64,000 nt of DNA. It comes from Octopus bimaculoides (taxonomy: Eukaryota). Positions 50,201-61,772 of this stretch are shown one piece after another. A model generated the notes under the pieces. The model had not been told where the DNA came from. It did not search any database and saw only the letters and a program-made list of their open reading frames with translations. The translations under genes were made by a program, and so were the position numbers. The stretch is taken from the NCBI RefSeq assembly GCF_001194135.2, contig NC_068998.1:12850831-12914830 (forward strand), in the 5' to 3' direction. Numbering within the stretch: position 1 is the stretch's first letter; every line of letters begins with the position of its first letter.

Positions 50201-51822
50201 ACTTTACTGTTGTGGTGAAGCCACTGTTTTCAGGCCGTCTCCGTCTGTACAGGGGGTACCCGTCTCCATTGGTCCGTGTCTCATCAACAAATTGCTTAGG
50301 GAATCCCCTACTACGTGACCCATTCTGTAGGCACGCATAATGGCCATCAACACCCATCCCACACGGACCATGAATCATGTTCATGCTGACAATGTCATAT
50401 AACTCATGGTCGATGACAGGGTTAGAAATCTCAGCTGAGATGATTGCATCAACATCATTAGAGTTGATTTTCGTCGCTAGCCAAATCAGAATGTGAGCAT
50501 GTCGATTTCCTCTCTTCTGCCATTCCACGGTGTACATGTCACACTTGGTTGGCCCCAAAATCATCCCCTTTTTGATTAATGACATCAACTTGGCCAACTT
50601 TAGCTGGAACACTCGAGCAAGTAGGTCATGCCTGTGGGCAGTTTGTTGCCCAGGGTAAAGTTCACAGGTTATTTCCACCCACTTTGGGTTGCACGTGAAC
50701 GTAATAAATGGGTCCAGACGGCAATAATTTCAGACGTATGTCATTGCGTCCTGGGTTCGTTCGTGCATATACTTGGGTCCCCCCTGTGTAGCTGGAGAGT
50801 AAGATGCAGGTCTTTCCCAGGCTTCAGGGATCAGCATCATTCTGGATCCTATCTCATAGATGGATGTAGCTGTCACTGCGCAGCTCTTTCTGGTGTGTTT
50901 TTATAGAACACAGACGCTCAGATTCAACCTTGGCAGCCATGTCCACTGCAAACTGATGAAGTAGGTCTCGCGAGTGATTGAAGCTGTTCACCCGCAGCAT
51001 AAATATGTAGGCATAATATGCCCTTGATGACACTGTTTTGGCTAATGTCCTCCTCGCTCTCTGAAGCCACTGGACTTTTTACTGGTGTTGCCACCGGGCT
51101 CAGGGTAGGGGTGACTGCCGGGCTGATTATTAATGTTCCCGCAATCACATCTTTCGTAATGTCTTTGATATGATTTGTCTTCACATGTTCTTGCAGGAGT
51201 TTCTCTCCCCATTCTTCTTCTCAGTTGGGTTGACGATGTTGAATGCTGAAATGGTAACCATCCTCCCCGCAAGTGAACAAAAGGGCTGTCGTAAGAGCAT
51301 TGAGTTTCACTAATCCTACGAAGGCCGCCGTCACGGCATGAGATAACTATATCTCTAGGGTTGTGTTGGTCCCAATGAAGAACGACTGCCACCTCATTGC
51401 ATGCGGGAGCATTGAAGTAGCGAGCATTCCCCCGGGATGGCCTCATGTCAGTGTCAGTGATGACATTGTAGTTGGGACAGGGTGCATTCTCCAACGCGCA
51501 TTTGCAGCTGAGGATGTAGCTGTTGTGCTCGTGCAGCATTGTTTGTCGGCCAAGTAAGCTGTATCTGTCAAAAGTTTCAGCCTCTGTGTTGTCTCCATTC
51601 GCCGGGAAATTGGCTACTCGTGCTGCGGCCTGTTGATTGTAGTCAGAGAAGAAATAAAGCTGCAAAAACGCCGGTGAACTATTGTTCGGGTGTTAGGGGG
51701 CTGGAGTGACCCAATGAGGTGGACCTTAAAAGTTGGCATCTGCCTTTTCTCTCGGACAACTTTAGCCCCAAAGGAGGTCATCTGGAAAGCACAATTGTAT
51801 GTCCTGATAAGTTGAAGAAATC
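47283..51822 (-). mobile_element. Helitron (Rep-PIF1 helicase), 5'-truncated and decayed, 3' terminus intact
   Basis: IRTYNCAFQMTSFG, FITFTCNPKW, Rep motif VEWQKRGNRHAHILIW, YICKYTNKG, Walker A DAPGGTGK, GDFRQTLPV, FAMSINKSQGQT and SHGQLYVACSRV. Multiple stops and frameshifts. Ends in imperfect hairpin cccaggcaatgccgag + 8 nt + CTAG|T at 47283. Confidence 0.93.
51046..51222 (-). mobile_element. Tx1 ORF1 C-terminal piece embedded inside the Helitron
   Basis: Aligns to 52917-53093 with 8 differences in ~176 nt by manual count; Helitron-type sequence resumes on both sides. Confidence 0.85.
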
Positions 51823-54800
51823 GGCTTGCTCCTCCAGGTGCCGAGGCGCAAACCGATGGACTTGTCCTTGTTGACTTTTGCCCCTGCTACCTCTTCGTAT
51901 CCTCTGAGAGCATCTTCTACACGAGTTAGATGTGCTTCGTTGGGCATGATGAGGGTGACGTCATCCGCATAAGCAGAAACAGACTTACCGCATCCGATTT
52001 CATTTGGATTGCCGTCTAACTTCTCCAACCTCCGCAGTAATGGCTCAAGGGCTAAAACGTACAGAAGCGGAGACAAGGGACACCCTTGACGACCTGAACG
52101 CTTGATCGAAAACGGTAGCCGTTTATCTGGACCATGGATTTGATGCCGCTATACATAGCGGAGATCCACCCACGAAAGCCAGGGCCCAGCCCAGTCGCTT
52201 CGAGGACAGTCCCTAGGTATCGATGGTCCACCCTATCGAAAGCTTTACTTTGGTCTAAATGGACCAATGCCCCTCCTTTGCCAGTTAATTTCCCAACCCT
52301 ATCTAAAGTATAGCGGAGAAGGTGAAGATTATCCTGGATCAACCTGCCTGGGATTGCACAAGTCTGTGCCTTCTTGACAGGTTTCTCCACGACAGCTTTC
52401 AACCTTTTTGCTAACACCTTTGCCAGAATCTTTAACTCTACATTAAGTAGAGTTATGGGCCTATAATTACCGATGTTATCTCCCTTGTTTGGATTTTTTT
52501 GAATCAGTGTCACAACTCCCCAACTCACAGAACTGGGAATCCTCCCGTTCTGCTGCCAGTTTGCATAAACACTAGCCAGTATATCCCCGAACAAGTCCGG
52601 CATACAACGATAAAACTCGTAGGGTAGACCATCTAGCCCCGGTGACTTTTCTCTGGCGCACCCGGCCAACACCTCTCTTACCTCTGCGGGAGTGATTGGT
52701 CCTTCACAGCATCCAGCCTCGCGTGCTGAGTCGCGGACCACCCTCCCCGAACAACCGGGCGAAATGCTGATGAAAGACTTTCTGCATCTCCTCCTGTCCA
52801 TAGATCTTGCGACCCCATTCCACGTACATTCAAATAGCCCAACTTAATCATTGAAGAAAGGAAAAAAATAAAAACTTACGGTTGCGAGAGGGAGCATGGC
52901 AGTTTCTGTCTGCATGCCTCCTCCTTGCTCCCCGAAGCTACTGGACTTTTTACTGGTGTTGCCACCGGGCTCTGGGTAGGGGTGGCTGCCGGGCTGATTA
53001 TTAATGTTCCCGCAATCACATCTTTCGTAACGTCTTTGATATGATTTGTTTTCACATGTTCTTGCAGGAGTTTCTCTCCCCATTCTTCTTCTCCCATCTT
53101 TGCGTAACGAAACTCCGTCTCGGTGTCTGTACATTTGAAAAATTTTATACGTGGATGAGCTTTAATTAGCCTCACCACTTTCTCATCCTTTATATTAAAC
53201 CTGACTATTTTGTCAGTTGGTTTAAAACCTTTGTTTTATGGGCGGGCTGTTTGGTACTGCAAACTGTTTGCCGGCATAAGTCGTGCCAGGGATTCGAGGT
53301 TGGGGGGATTTTTTTTTGTAGTTCGTCTGCGTCATTGCTATTTTTCTTTTTTGATTGGAGAGGGGAGTTGGGGGTATGCGTTTTCTTCCTTTTGTTGGTT
53401 ATAGTTGTAAATTCCATCTCCTCTGGTTCGTTTTGCTTCCTCTCCTCTGCCTTTTGGTTTTCATTTAATTTTTCTTTCTGTTGTTTTTTTATATTTCCAG
53501 TTGTTTTCTTTTTTCCATTGGTCATTTCGTTCTGTTTTTCGTCTGCGTTTTTTTCCTCCTCTGTGTTTAGAGGAGGGGCTTCACCAGTTTTTTTCTTTTT
53601 AATACAGGCAGAGCGGATGTGTCCCTTCCGCCCACACTTAAAGCATCTGGGGCGACGTCCCTCCACTGAGACACGGATAGTGTGCCCCTCTCCCACGAAC
53701 ACTCTGTCTGGTAAATTTTCTAGAGTGGAGCTCTCAGCTTGAATCACCAACTCTAGTATTTGTCCTTTCCAATTGCACGCTTCTTTCCTTCTCTTGTGGA
53801 AAATTGTTATTTTCCCCTCCACGTCAAAAATAGCCGCCTCTGCTGCCCACATAACGTTGTACCCGACTGGAATGTCCTCCACTGTCACTTTCGCTGTTCT
53901 GCGTCCCATGTAAGTGGGTAGCAACATAATAACATCATTTTTTAAAGTCTGTGTAGACATTTCCTTTGCTACGTTAGCTTTGATGGTTGCGCTTCTAACT
54001 CCTCTGCCAACGTAGCATATTTTATTCCATATTGGTGCCAAGCACCGTTCCACCACCTCGTTTTTTGCGTCTGATATTTTCTTTTCCTTGATGTTATATA
54101 TTTTATATACTACAATTTTTTCTCATATAGCGTTGACAGTTTCAGGGGGTGGTACAAGTTTGGTTTCCTCATTAGACTTTTGAATGTATTTACGAAATTG
54201 AATTAGCTTGTCCATTGCCACTTCTAATTCAATGCTATTAACGTTTACTGCAACCGAGAAACTTTGTTTTTCCTGTGTTTCCTTATTTTGAACTTTATCT
54301 GTTGTCTGTCCCATGATTAATGATCGTGCCACATAATGCCCTCTGAACTAACTCCTTAATCCAGGCATGGAAAGCTTCACAAGTCAAAATAGACTTGTTC
54401 ATTTTCCAGTACCCGGGCCCCTGTCTATGACACTTATCTACATGCACCACACACGTCACAAGCTTGTGATCAGTGTAAGGCACAATACAGAATTGTGGAC
54501 AGAGAATACTCTAAGTACGATCTGCGTGAGCCATTGTTATTACTCCAAGTCCACTGTGGAACACTTGGCTCACTCAGTCGGTAACGGTCTACTAGATTAA
54601 AGCTCTCTAGTAGACCCTTGAGGCAAGGATTCCCCTTTCTATTAGTCGAGCCCACACTATCAACCCGTGCATCGAGAATAATGTTGAAGTCCCTTACCAT
54701 TACTACTGTTTTTGATGTCACCAGAAAGTGCTCCAGGTCTCGGTAAAAACCCGCCTGTCTACGCTCTGTAAGAGCGTAGACAGCTACCGACCTGAAGGAG

Positions 54801-56266
54801 TGTTTACTCACAGAAGTCACATCCAGGACAACCAGCCTACCTTCTGGGTCCAGAAAGACAGTAACTAACCTGTAAGTTCAAGTTCTTCCTGATAAGGACT
54901 GCCACGCCTGCACCTCCCCCTCAGCTAGGAGAAATAAATTTCTTGTAACCATTCAGTAGAGGCGAGAACGCTTGAGGTCCCTTCATCTTGGACTCGGTCC
55001 CAATAGCCACATCTATTCTATGTGAAATGAGGTCGTTCCGAAAGCAAGCCTGTTTCCATTTTGACCCCATTCCACGCACATTCAAGCAGCCTAACTTAAT
55101 CATTGGAGAAATAAATTAAGTTTTACTTACGATTGCATGAGGGAGCATGGCGGTTTAGGTTTGCTTACTCCCCTCATGCTTTCCATCTCTGCTGGGCTCT
55201 TTTTGGGAGTTGTGATTGGGCTCTGGGCTGATTGGCAATTTATTCTCCCAAAAGTATGTTGTCACATCTTTTATTGTATTGCCTTTAATATTCTCTTGCA
55301 CCAGTTTATTGTCCCAGTATTCTTTGCCTATTTTTGCATAATGGTACTGGTCTTTGTCGCATTTAAACATTTCTATATATTCACATCTTTGGAAGAATGT
55401 TAATATTTTTTCATTGTTACGGTCAACCGCAACAACTTTGTTTTTTTCAACTTTTTCTTTGCAGGTGCGTGAGCCGTCGTTGTTACCCCACGTCCACTGT
55501 GGAACGCTCGGCTCATCCAGTCGGTAACGGTCTACTAGATTATAGCTCTCTAGTAAACCTTTGAGACAAGGATTTCCTTTCCTATCAGTTGAGCCCACAC
55601 TATCAATCCGTGCATTGAACCCGTCTGGAATGTCTTCCACTGTTACCTTCGCGGTTCTGCGTCCCATGTAAGTGGGTAGCAGCATAATTAAGTCATTTTT
55701 TAGTGTTTGGGTTGACACTTCCTTTGCTACGTTAGATGATTCGAAGTTCGCTTCGATAGTTGCACTTCTTACTCCTCTGCCAATGTAGCGTATTTTTTCC
55801 CATATCGGTGCCAAGCACTGTTCGATTACGTCGTTTTTAACATCTGATATTTTATTGTCCTTGACGTTATAAATTTTGTATACGACAATTTTTTCTCGTA
55901 TCGGGTTCCTCGTTTGACTTTTGTATGTATTTTCGAAATTGAAACAGTTTATCCATTGCAACTTCTACTTCCGTTGACTGCCTCTGAGAAACTTTGCTTT
56001 TCTTGTACTTCCTTATTTTTAACGTTTTCTTTGGTCTGTCCCATTCCGAGAAAGTCAGTATTTGACGTTAATTCAAATTCCATTTTATACAACTTGTCGT
56101 GAAAGACAGCGGCAAACGACATGGTTTTCAAATACAAATCCAAGAAAAGGCCCAAGTAGCAGTATGCTAGGTCAAGTTCACCAGTATTATATATAATACT
56201 TGTAAGTTCACTGATATCGCCTCTAATATTACATGCTAATATTAATTTTTCAACAAATTTCATCAT
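51823..56266 (-). mobile_element. Tx1/L1-clade LINE fragments (two ORF1 copies, EN, RT)
   Basis: ORF1 CCHC knuckle RCFKCGRKGHIRSAC (ORF 53205-54056); RT KSPGLDGLPYEFY..NYRPITLLN..LDQSKAFDRVDH and SAYADDVT; EN MIKLGCLNVRG. Non-colinear junctions. Confidence 0.92.
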
Positions 56267-56513
56267 ATATATTATAACTCAACTAATACAACTCATTATT
56301 TCTAATTAAGTGATTTAGTAATGTTATGCTTTAATTCTTTCAAATATTATGAAATTTAAAAACTATTACCTTGTTTAATTCAACTGTAAAGGCAAATAAA
56401 CAAGGGAGACAATTCCAGTTTGTAAGTTTACTGATAAAAATATTTACTGTATTACATTTACTGCCACAAAATGAGCCAACAAAAGAGCTTCTTACATGAT
56501 CGTTAGGCATGCC

Positions 56514-56992
56514 AGATAGAACAGCGGAAGCTTTCCCAAATTACAATGATTTCTATTTTTTACAAAGATGAAAACTAACCAGCGCCGGTTGTCAGTCGGT
56601 AGTGGGGACAAATACAGCATGCACGCGCACACACACACACACACACATGGTATCTGTACTTATACCAGTGTAGTATGACCAGTTGTTTGATGCCCAGAAT
56701 AAGTAATATCTTGTTTCGTTGAAATATAAACATACATTCAAGAAACAATTATGTAAAAGTTAAATATTATTGATGTATAAGAAACGTTTAACATCAAAAT
56801 TAGCTTTAAAAAAAAAAAAAAAATTATGTCTACATAGAACATATCAATGTCTGTAGCGNNNNNNNNNNGATCCGCCTCAGACGGTATAGAGGGTGGGGGA
56901 AGTGGTAACAGCAATCTCAAGAGATACTCCGAATAGCACACTGTATAGCAACGACAATATATGTGCAATCAATATTTTTAGTGAATTTAACA
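56514..56992 (+). repeat. Diverged duplicated segment A' (partner 40260-40768)
   Basis: Same blocks, same order and orientation. Confidence 0.8.
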
Positions 56993-57857
56993 TTTTTCCT
57001 TGTATTTATAGTAAATTGATTTAACAAGCAAAAATTTTTGTCCCCAATACTAACAGAAAAACAGGCAGGTAACTGACAGACAAATAGATAGATATGTGGG
57101 TGGGTGGGTATGTAGGTAGGTAGGTAGACTGTCAGGATCTTTTCAAATCTCAGTGACAGATTTTTAAATTAATTTTATTTAACTAAACAGTTTGAAACTT
57201 CAGATACTGGTTGAATGTGTCTCGTGGAATACAGTTTACTCTTAACGTTTTTGACTAAATTTTCAACAACTTTTGTTTACTTGCCTGTTGTACAGTATTT
57301 TATTTTTGTGTGTTAGGAAGTATGGTTGCAGCCAAATCATATAGCCTCTGCAATTTGATGGATACAATTAAAATTAAGGAAGATGTAGCAGCATACTTCA
57401 CAGAGAAGGCAATTATACATTCAGTTAAAAAGTGTAGAAATTGGCACTTGATGAAAAAGAGTCATCTGGGAGAATCAAGGCTGCAATGAGACTGTATTCA
57501 TCAGAAAAGGTACATGGCTGGAAAGTATCCCATTTCCTCTGCAGGCTGTAGTCATTTTTTTGTACTGTTGTGTCAAGGAAATGACTACAGTCTGTTATTG
57601 TGGATTTCAACAGCTATGTCTGAGAAATATGTGCACAGGACCTATGGAAAGCTTATTCACATATTCCAGAGATAGAATAGTATAGTTTTCGACATAAAAC
57701 ATCGAGTTTAATTTCGGTGCTGGAACACACACACACAAGTGGAAAGCACTTGGGCGTGTGTGTGAAACGGAGTAATGAGTGATGGTGTGGTACATATCAT
57801 TCTATGATTGACTCCTATCTCTGTGAATTTATGTGGCGGAAAAGATACAAAAAGTGC

Positions 57858-57891
<34 letters not shown>

Positions 57892-58399
57892 CTCTGAAAG
57901 TTATTACAATGCATTGCAAGATTTTCAAATCTTGATTAAATGTATTTGTATATGTGTGTTATTGATGCATCTCTGCCTGTTTATTTCTTACACCTGCCTG
58001 CTTTTTTTCTTTTTCATTTGCTTATTTCCATTCAAAGTGTAATATCCTGCATTAAAATTGATTTAATCTCTGCTTGTATCTTTCAATGTATCCTGCTTTT
58101 TGTATGTGTTGTACACCTACCTAATTATTATCTCATATGTACCTCTGCCCGAACTGTGTATATACTGCCATGAAATCTTAGTGCATTTCAAAGTGTAATA
58201 TCCCGCATTAAAATTGATTTAATCTTTATCTGTTTGTGTTGTTTTTTCATTTATTTACATCGTATACATACCTCGTTATGGGTTTTTGCCATCAAGGCCT
58301 CTCTATAAAGAGAGCAGTGAGTAACGATAACATTCCCATTTTGCTTTTTTTTTGTTTTATAAAAGCTGTGAGGCCCTTAACACAGCCTACCATGGAAGG

Positions 58400-59240
58400 G
58401 GCTCCATCTGTACAAATATCTACATACGGTTTCCATGAAGATATACAGCAAGCCTGAGCCGGAGATAAAGGTTCCTGTTGCGACTACTTTCATTCTGGTC
58501 CTTCAAGTACACTCTATCAATATTGCAACTGTGCACAAAAAGCACGCCTTACCTGCCTTTGACAGTCTGTGGCGGTGCAATCATGGACTCAGCTGACAGG
58601 TGTACTCTTCCCAGATGTGACAACACGCGTTCGTAAATTATCAAACCGGAAATCTCTGGACACTGTACAAGGGCGAGCAGGACGGTTTCGTCATCCTGCC
58701 CACACCTTGGACATGTCAGTGACACTGGAATACCGTGTGTGAACAATTTATCTTGAACAGGCACTGCCAGGTCAGGGATCTTTGGTAATTATCCAAATAC
58801 CCTGCCTTCCGTTCATAAAATACCGAGGTGGTATTCCTGCTGCCGACCTTGCCTGCCCTGTGGGTTAGCGCGAGTGCCTGTCGGCACACTTTTTGCCATC
58901 CAGTCGTGTTCCGTCTTTTAATCAAATCGGGGGTAAATTCCTACAAGGAGGCCGGTCGTGGAAAGAATTCTTCCACAAGTGAATTCCACCTGGCCACCAT
59001 CCAGGTAGAGCTAAAGAGGTCTTAGCCTCAGTGCATGTTTGCACATCATCAACCACGGTAACCAATCCTTTGGCAGTTCCTGGCAGCAAACGGAGCGCCT
59101 CACAAACGGCTTTCCTCCCTTCCACTACTAGCGGAGTCGTATCTGGACAATGAAGACCTGTACCACATCCGCCCTTCGTTTCAGGGACAGCACCTGTCCA
59201 GACCATGTCCTGACTAGAGTCTCCACCCTGTCTATCACAT
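58400..59240 (-). mobile_element. Tx1/L1-clade LINE ORF2 3' fragment (post-RT region with C-terminal zinc-binding motif)
   Basis: LTCPRCGQDDETVLLALVQCP motif (ORF 58549-58764); boundaries approximate. Confidence 0.75.
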
Positions 59241-60698
59241 CGCTATATTCTAACCATATGCAAATATTCCCAAAATTGTGTGCACATTTATTTCGCGTTC
59301 ATAAAATCAATATTATTTTGCAATTTTCTTCTTTCACCAATTATTTATTACCTTTATCTTTCATGTCTTTCTATTCTCTTTTAATTTCTTTACCTATATT
59401 TAACAATTTAAATTAATATCTTTAATTACCGATTCAATTCCAGCTTCCATCAACATTTTTCAAGGGAGGTAATTGAGCTTTTTAATTTTTTTTTTAAATG
59501 ACTTCTTTCTCTCCGAATTTTCAATCCGTACATGGAGTGAAATATTTTATTTCAGTATGATGTGTTAAATGTTTAACCTTATGTTATATTTATCATAATT
59601 TAATTACAAGGAAACAAAGTGGGGGAATTAAGCAGTAGAAGATGGAAGGGAAGGGAGCAACGGGCCGCACACATCAGAATAAATAATTATATCAAAAAGA
59701 CAGAAAATTGAAAATGTCATCCTGCTTATTACTACTGCTATACGTTTGCATCTCTTGTTTTTAAATCATTCGGCGAACTGATTTTGTACTTATATATTTG
59801 TATTGTCAGCGCTACAAATCTCATTTCCTTTCTGTAAAAATATAAACTATCAATAATTACTAATAAAAACATATAAACGAAAGAACGCCAAAAATAGCGA
59901 AGTTATTTTTGATTTTTCACTTTAATATCACTTCCACTGACGTGAATAGGAGTTAACGTCGATAAATTATTTTATGATCTTTAAAAATTGTAAACCGATA
60001 TATTTATTGCAAAAGAACACCATTTACGAAAGTACTGAGTAAAAAAGGGTTGAATAAAAGGAGTTAGAATACTCTGTAGATAGATAAAATAGACACGTGC
60101 AAGAAATTCTTATACCAAGACACTCATACGATCGACGACTGTACACTATTTGATATTGATTATTATCTGCATTTAAATCTTCCACAAAAGCAAAATTATA
60201 CGTGATTTGAACTCATATACGTACTGTTGTTATCCAACATATCTATTCTGCTCCGAGCTGCATTCTGTACACAAAGGATAGATACATAGACACAATAAGA
60301 ACTCCATTACATGGAATTTAATAAGAGAGTAATTCGAGTTGCTAGAAATAGCAGCGAAAGGAATACAACATTGTGAAAATATGAACCCAAATGTATCGAA
60401 TATGAATATGGCAGTTTATCTAAAACCCTAAGCCAAAGGATTGACTTGCTAGAAATAGCAGCCTAAAAACTACACATTTATATAAGATACGAAATACACA
60501 TTCGTCCACAAGAAGAAGAAATAAAACCATAATAGTATTCCGCAAAAAATAGCTAGATATGGCAGCCAAAATAACTATAAACATGCATTTATATAAAACT
60601 GCTTCTCGTTCGTTACAATTCATGCATAAGACCGATCTATCATTCACTAGCGATAGTATGGTCTTTGATTTAACTGAATCTGTTCTTTGTTTGATTTA

Positions 60699-60861
60699 CG
60701 GGGTGAGCGCGAACGCAGACCCCACACTTAGAAATAGCGCACCCGAGTCGCCCACATTTGGGGCGATCGCAAAGGTCAACCCAACCGGAGTGCAATGGAA
60801 GGGCCTCACTCTGGGAGAACCACCTTGCTGATCATGGTTTACCCCTGTGCCAGGTAAGTAT
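60699..60861 (-). ncRNA. U1: U1 spliceosomal snRNA (full length, ~163 nt, variant Sm site)
   Basis: Reverse complement reads ATACTTACCTGGCACAGGGGTAAACCATGATCAGCAAGGTGGTTCTCCCAG...CCATTGCACTCCGG...CCCCAAATGTGGG...GCGTTCGCGC...CCCCG. 5' splice-site-pairing end, U1A loop AUUGCAC, SL3 loop and SL4 UUCG are all present, with compensatory stem changes relative to human U1. Confidence 0.95.
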
Positions 60862-61564
60862 GATTTTCCTCGTGGAAAATTTGAATATATTCCTTTACTA
60901 TTCAATACATTCGATGATTTTACACCAACAACATTTACAATTCATTTATTTATACATCTCAAAAACAAAATAACTCTCATTTCATTTTACTTATACAATT
61001 AATTACAACCTTTTCGTCTCATACTAATTACTTAATTTATTTTATTTACCTAGATTTCAGAAATTTAATTATTCTAATCTCTTTCAAAACTTATTCTCTG
61101 CCTGTATATGCCAGTCTTCAAGGGAGATAATTCAGAACTTTTAAACTACGACAAATCTTTTCTCTTTTGTATTTTTCTTCTTTTTCGTTTATTGATTTAC
61201 TTAAAGTGTAAAACACTCATTCGATTAATTTATACAACCTGAAAATTTACGTAGAGACTTTTAATTAATTCGTAATATTAAAATAATCTGCCACTACTGC
61301 TGTTAAAGAACAGGGTTTAAAAACAAACAAACGGTTCGATAACAATTAAATAGGTAATTTATTCTTTCATAAATATAAATGAATAAAATAAAATGTAAAT
61401 TAGTTTTCTATATATTGTTTTCTATATCTTTAACTTCAAAACATACTTGTTTTTTTTATGACTTCCCATGTGAATTGCGTAATACTTTTTTAATTTCAAG
61501 AGCATCTCAGGGTGACGTGTTTTTAAGGGAGGTAACTCAACTAAAGACACAATTTTTATGTAAG

Positions 61565-61669
61565 GGACGTCACTGGTAATTTGGCTTCGTATTTTTTTTG
61601 TATGGTGGTGATGGAAGATTTTTCGGTAATATATTTGTATAAATTCTACGGAAACAATCGAGGGTTAGG
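61565..61669 (+). repeat. ~105-bp direct repeat, left of the satellite
   Basis: ggacgtcact.gtaatttggctt...gtatggtggtgatggaagatttt.cggtaatatatttgt.taaattct.cggaaacaa.cgagggt.agg; copy at 63721-63823. Confidence 0.9.
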
Positions 61670-61772
61670 TTAAAGTTCAGAGGCCAAGGGTCAATGGTTA
61701 GGTGTCAAGGATCAGAGGCCAAGTGTCAAACGTCAGGGACCAAGGTAACTCTAACCCTCAGAGCCTCGTTTT

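Noticed and set aside
57725-57765. Hairpin acacacacaagtg-gaaag-cacttgggcgtgtgtgtg
   Set aside because: Pairing is mostly CA/TG microsatellite with only 6 specific bp.
60729-60738. The U1 Sm segment tagaaatagc equals a 10-mer in the nearby repeat motif (60344, 60450), hinting at local conversion
   Set aside because: A 10-nt AT-rich match is too short to distinguish from chance.
43500-60861. Idea that these Tx1 elements target U1 snRNA (some Tx1 families target snRNA genes)
   Set aside because: The U1 here is uninterrupted and no U1 fragment abuts any Tx1 end.
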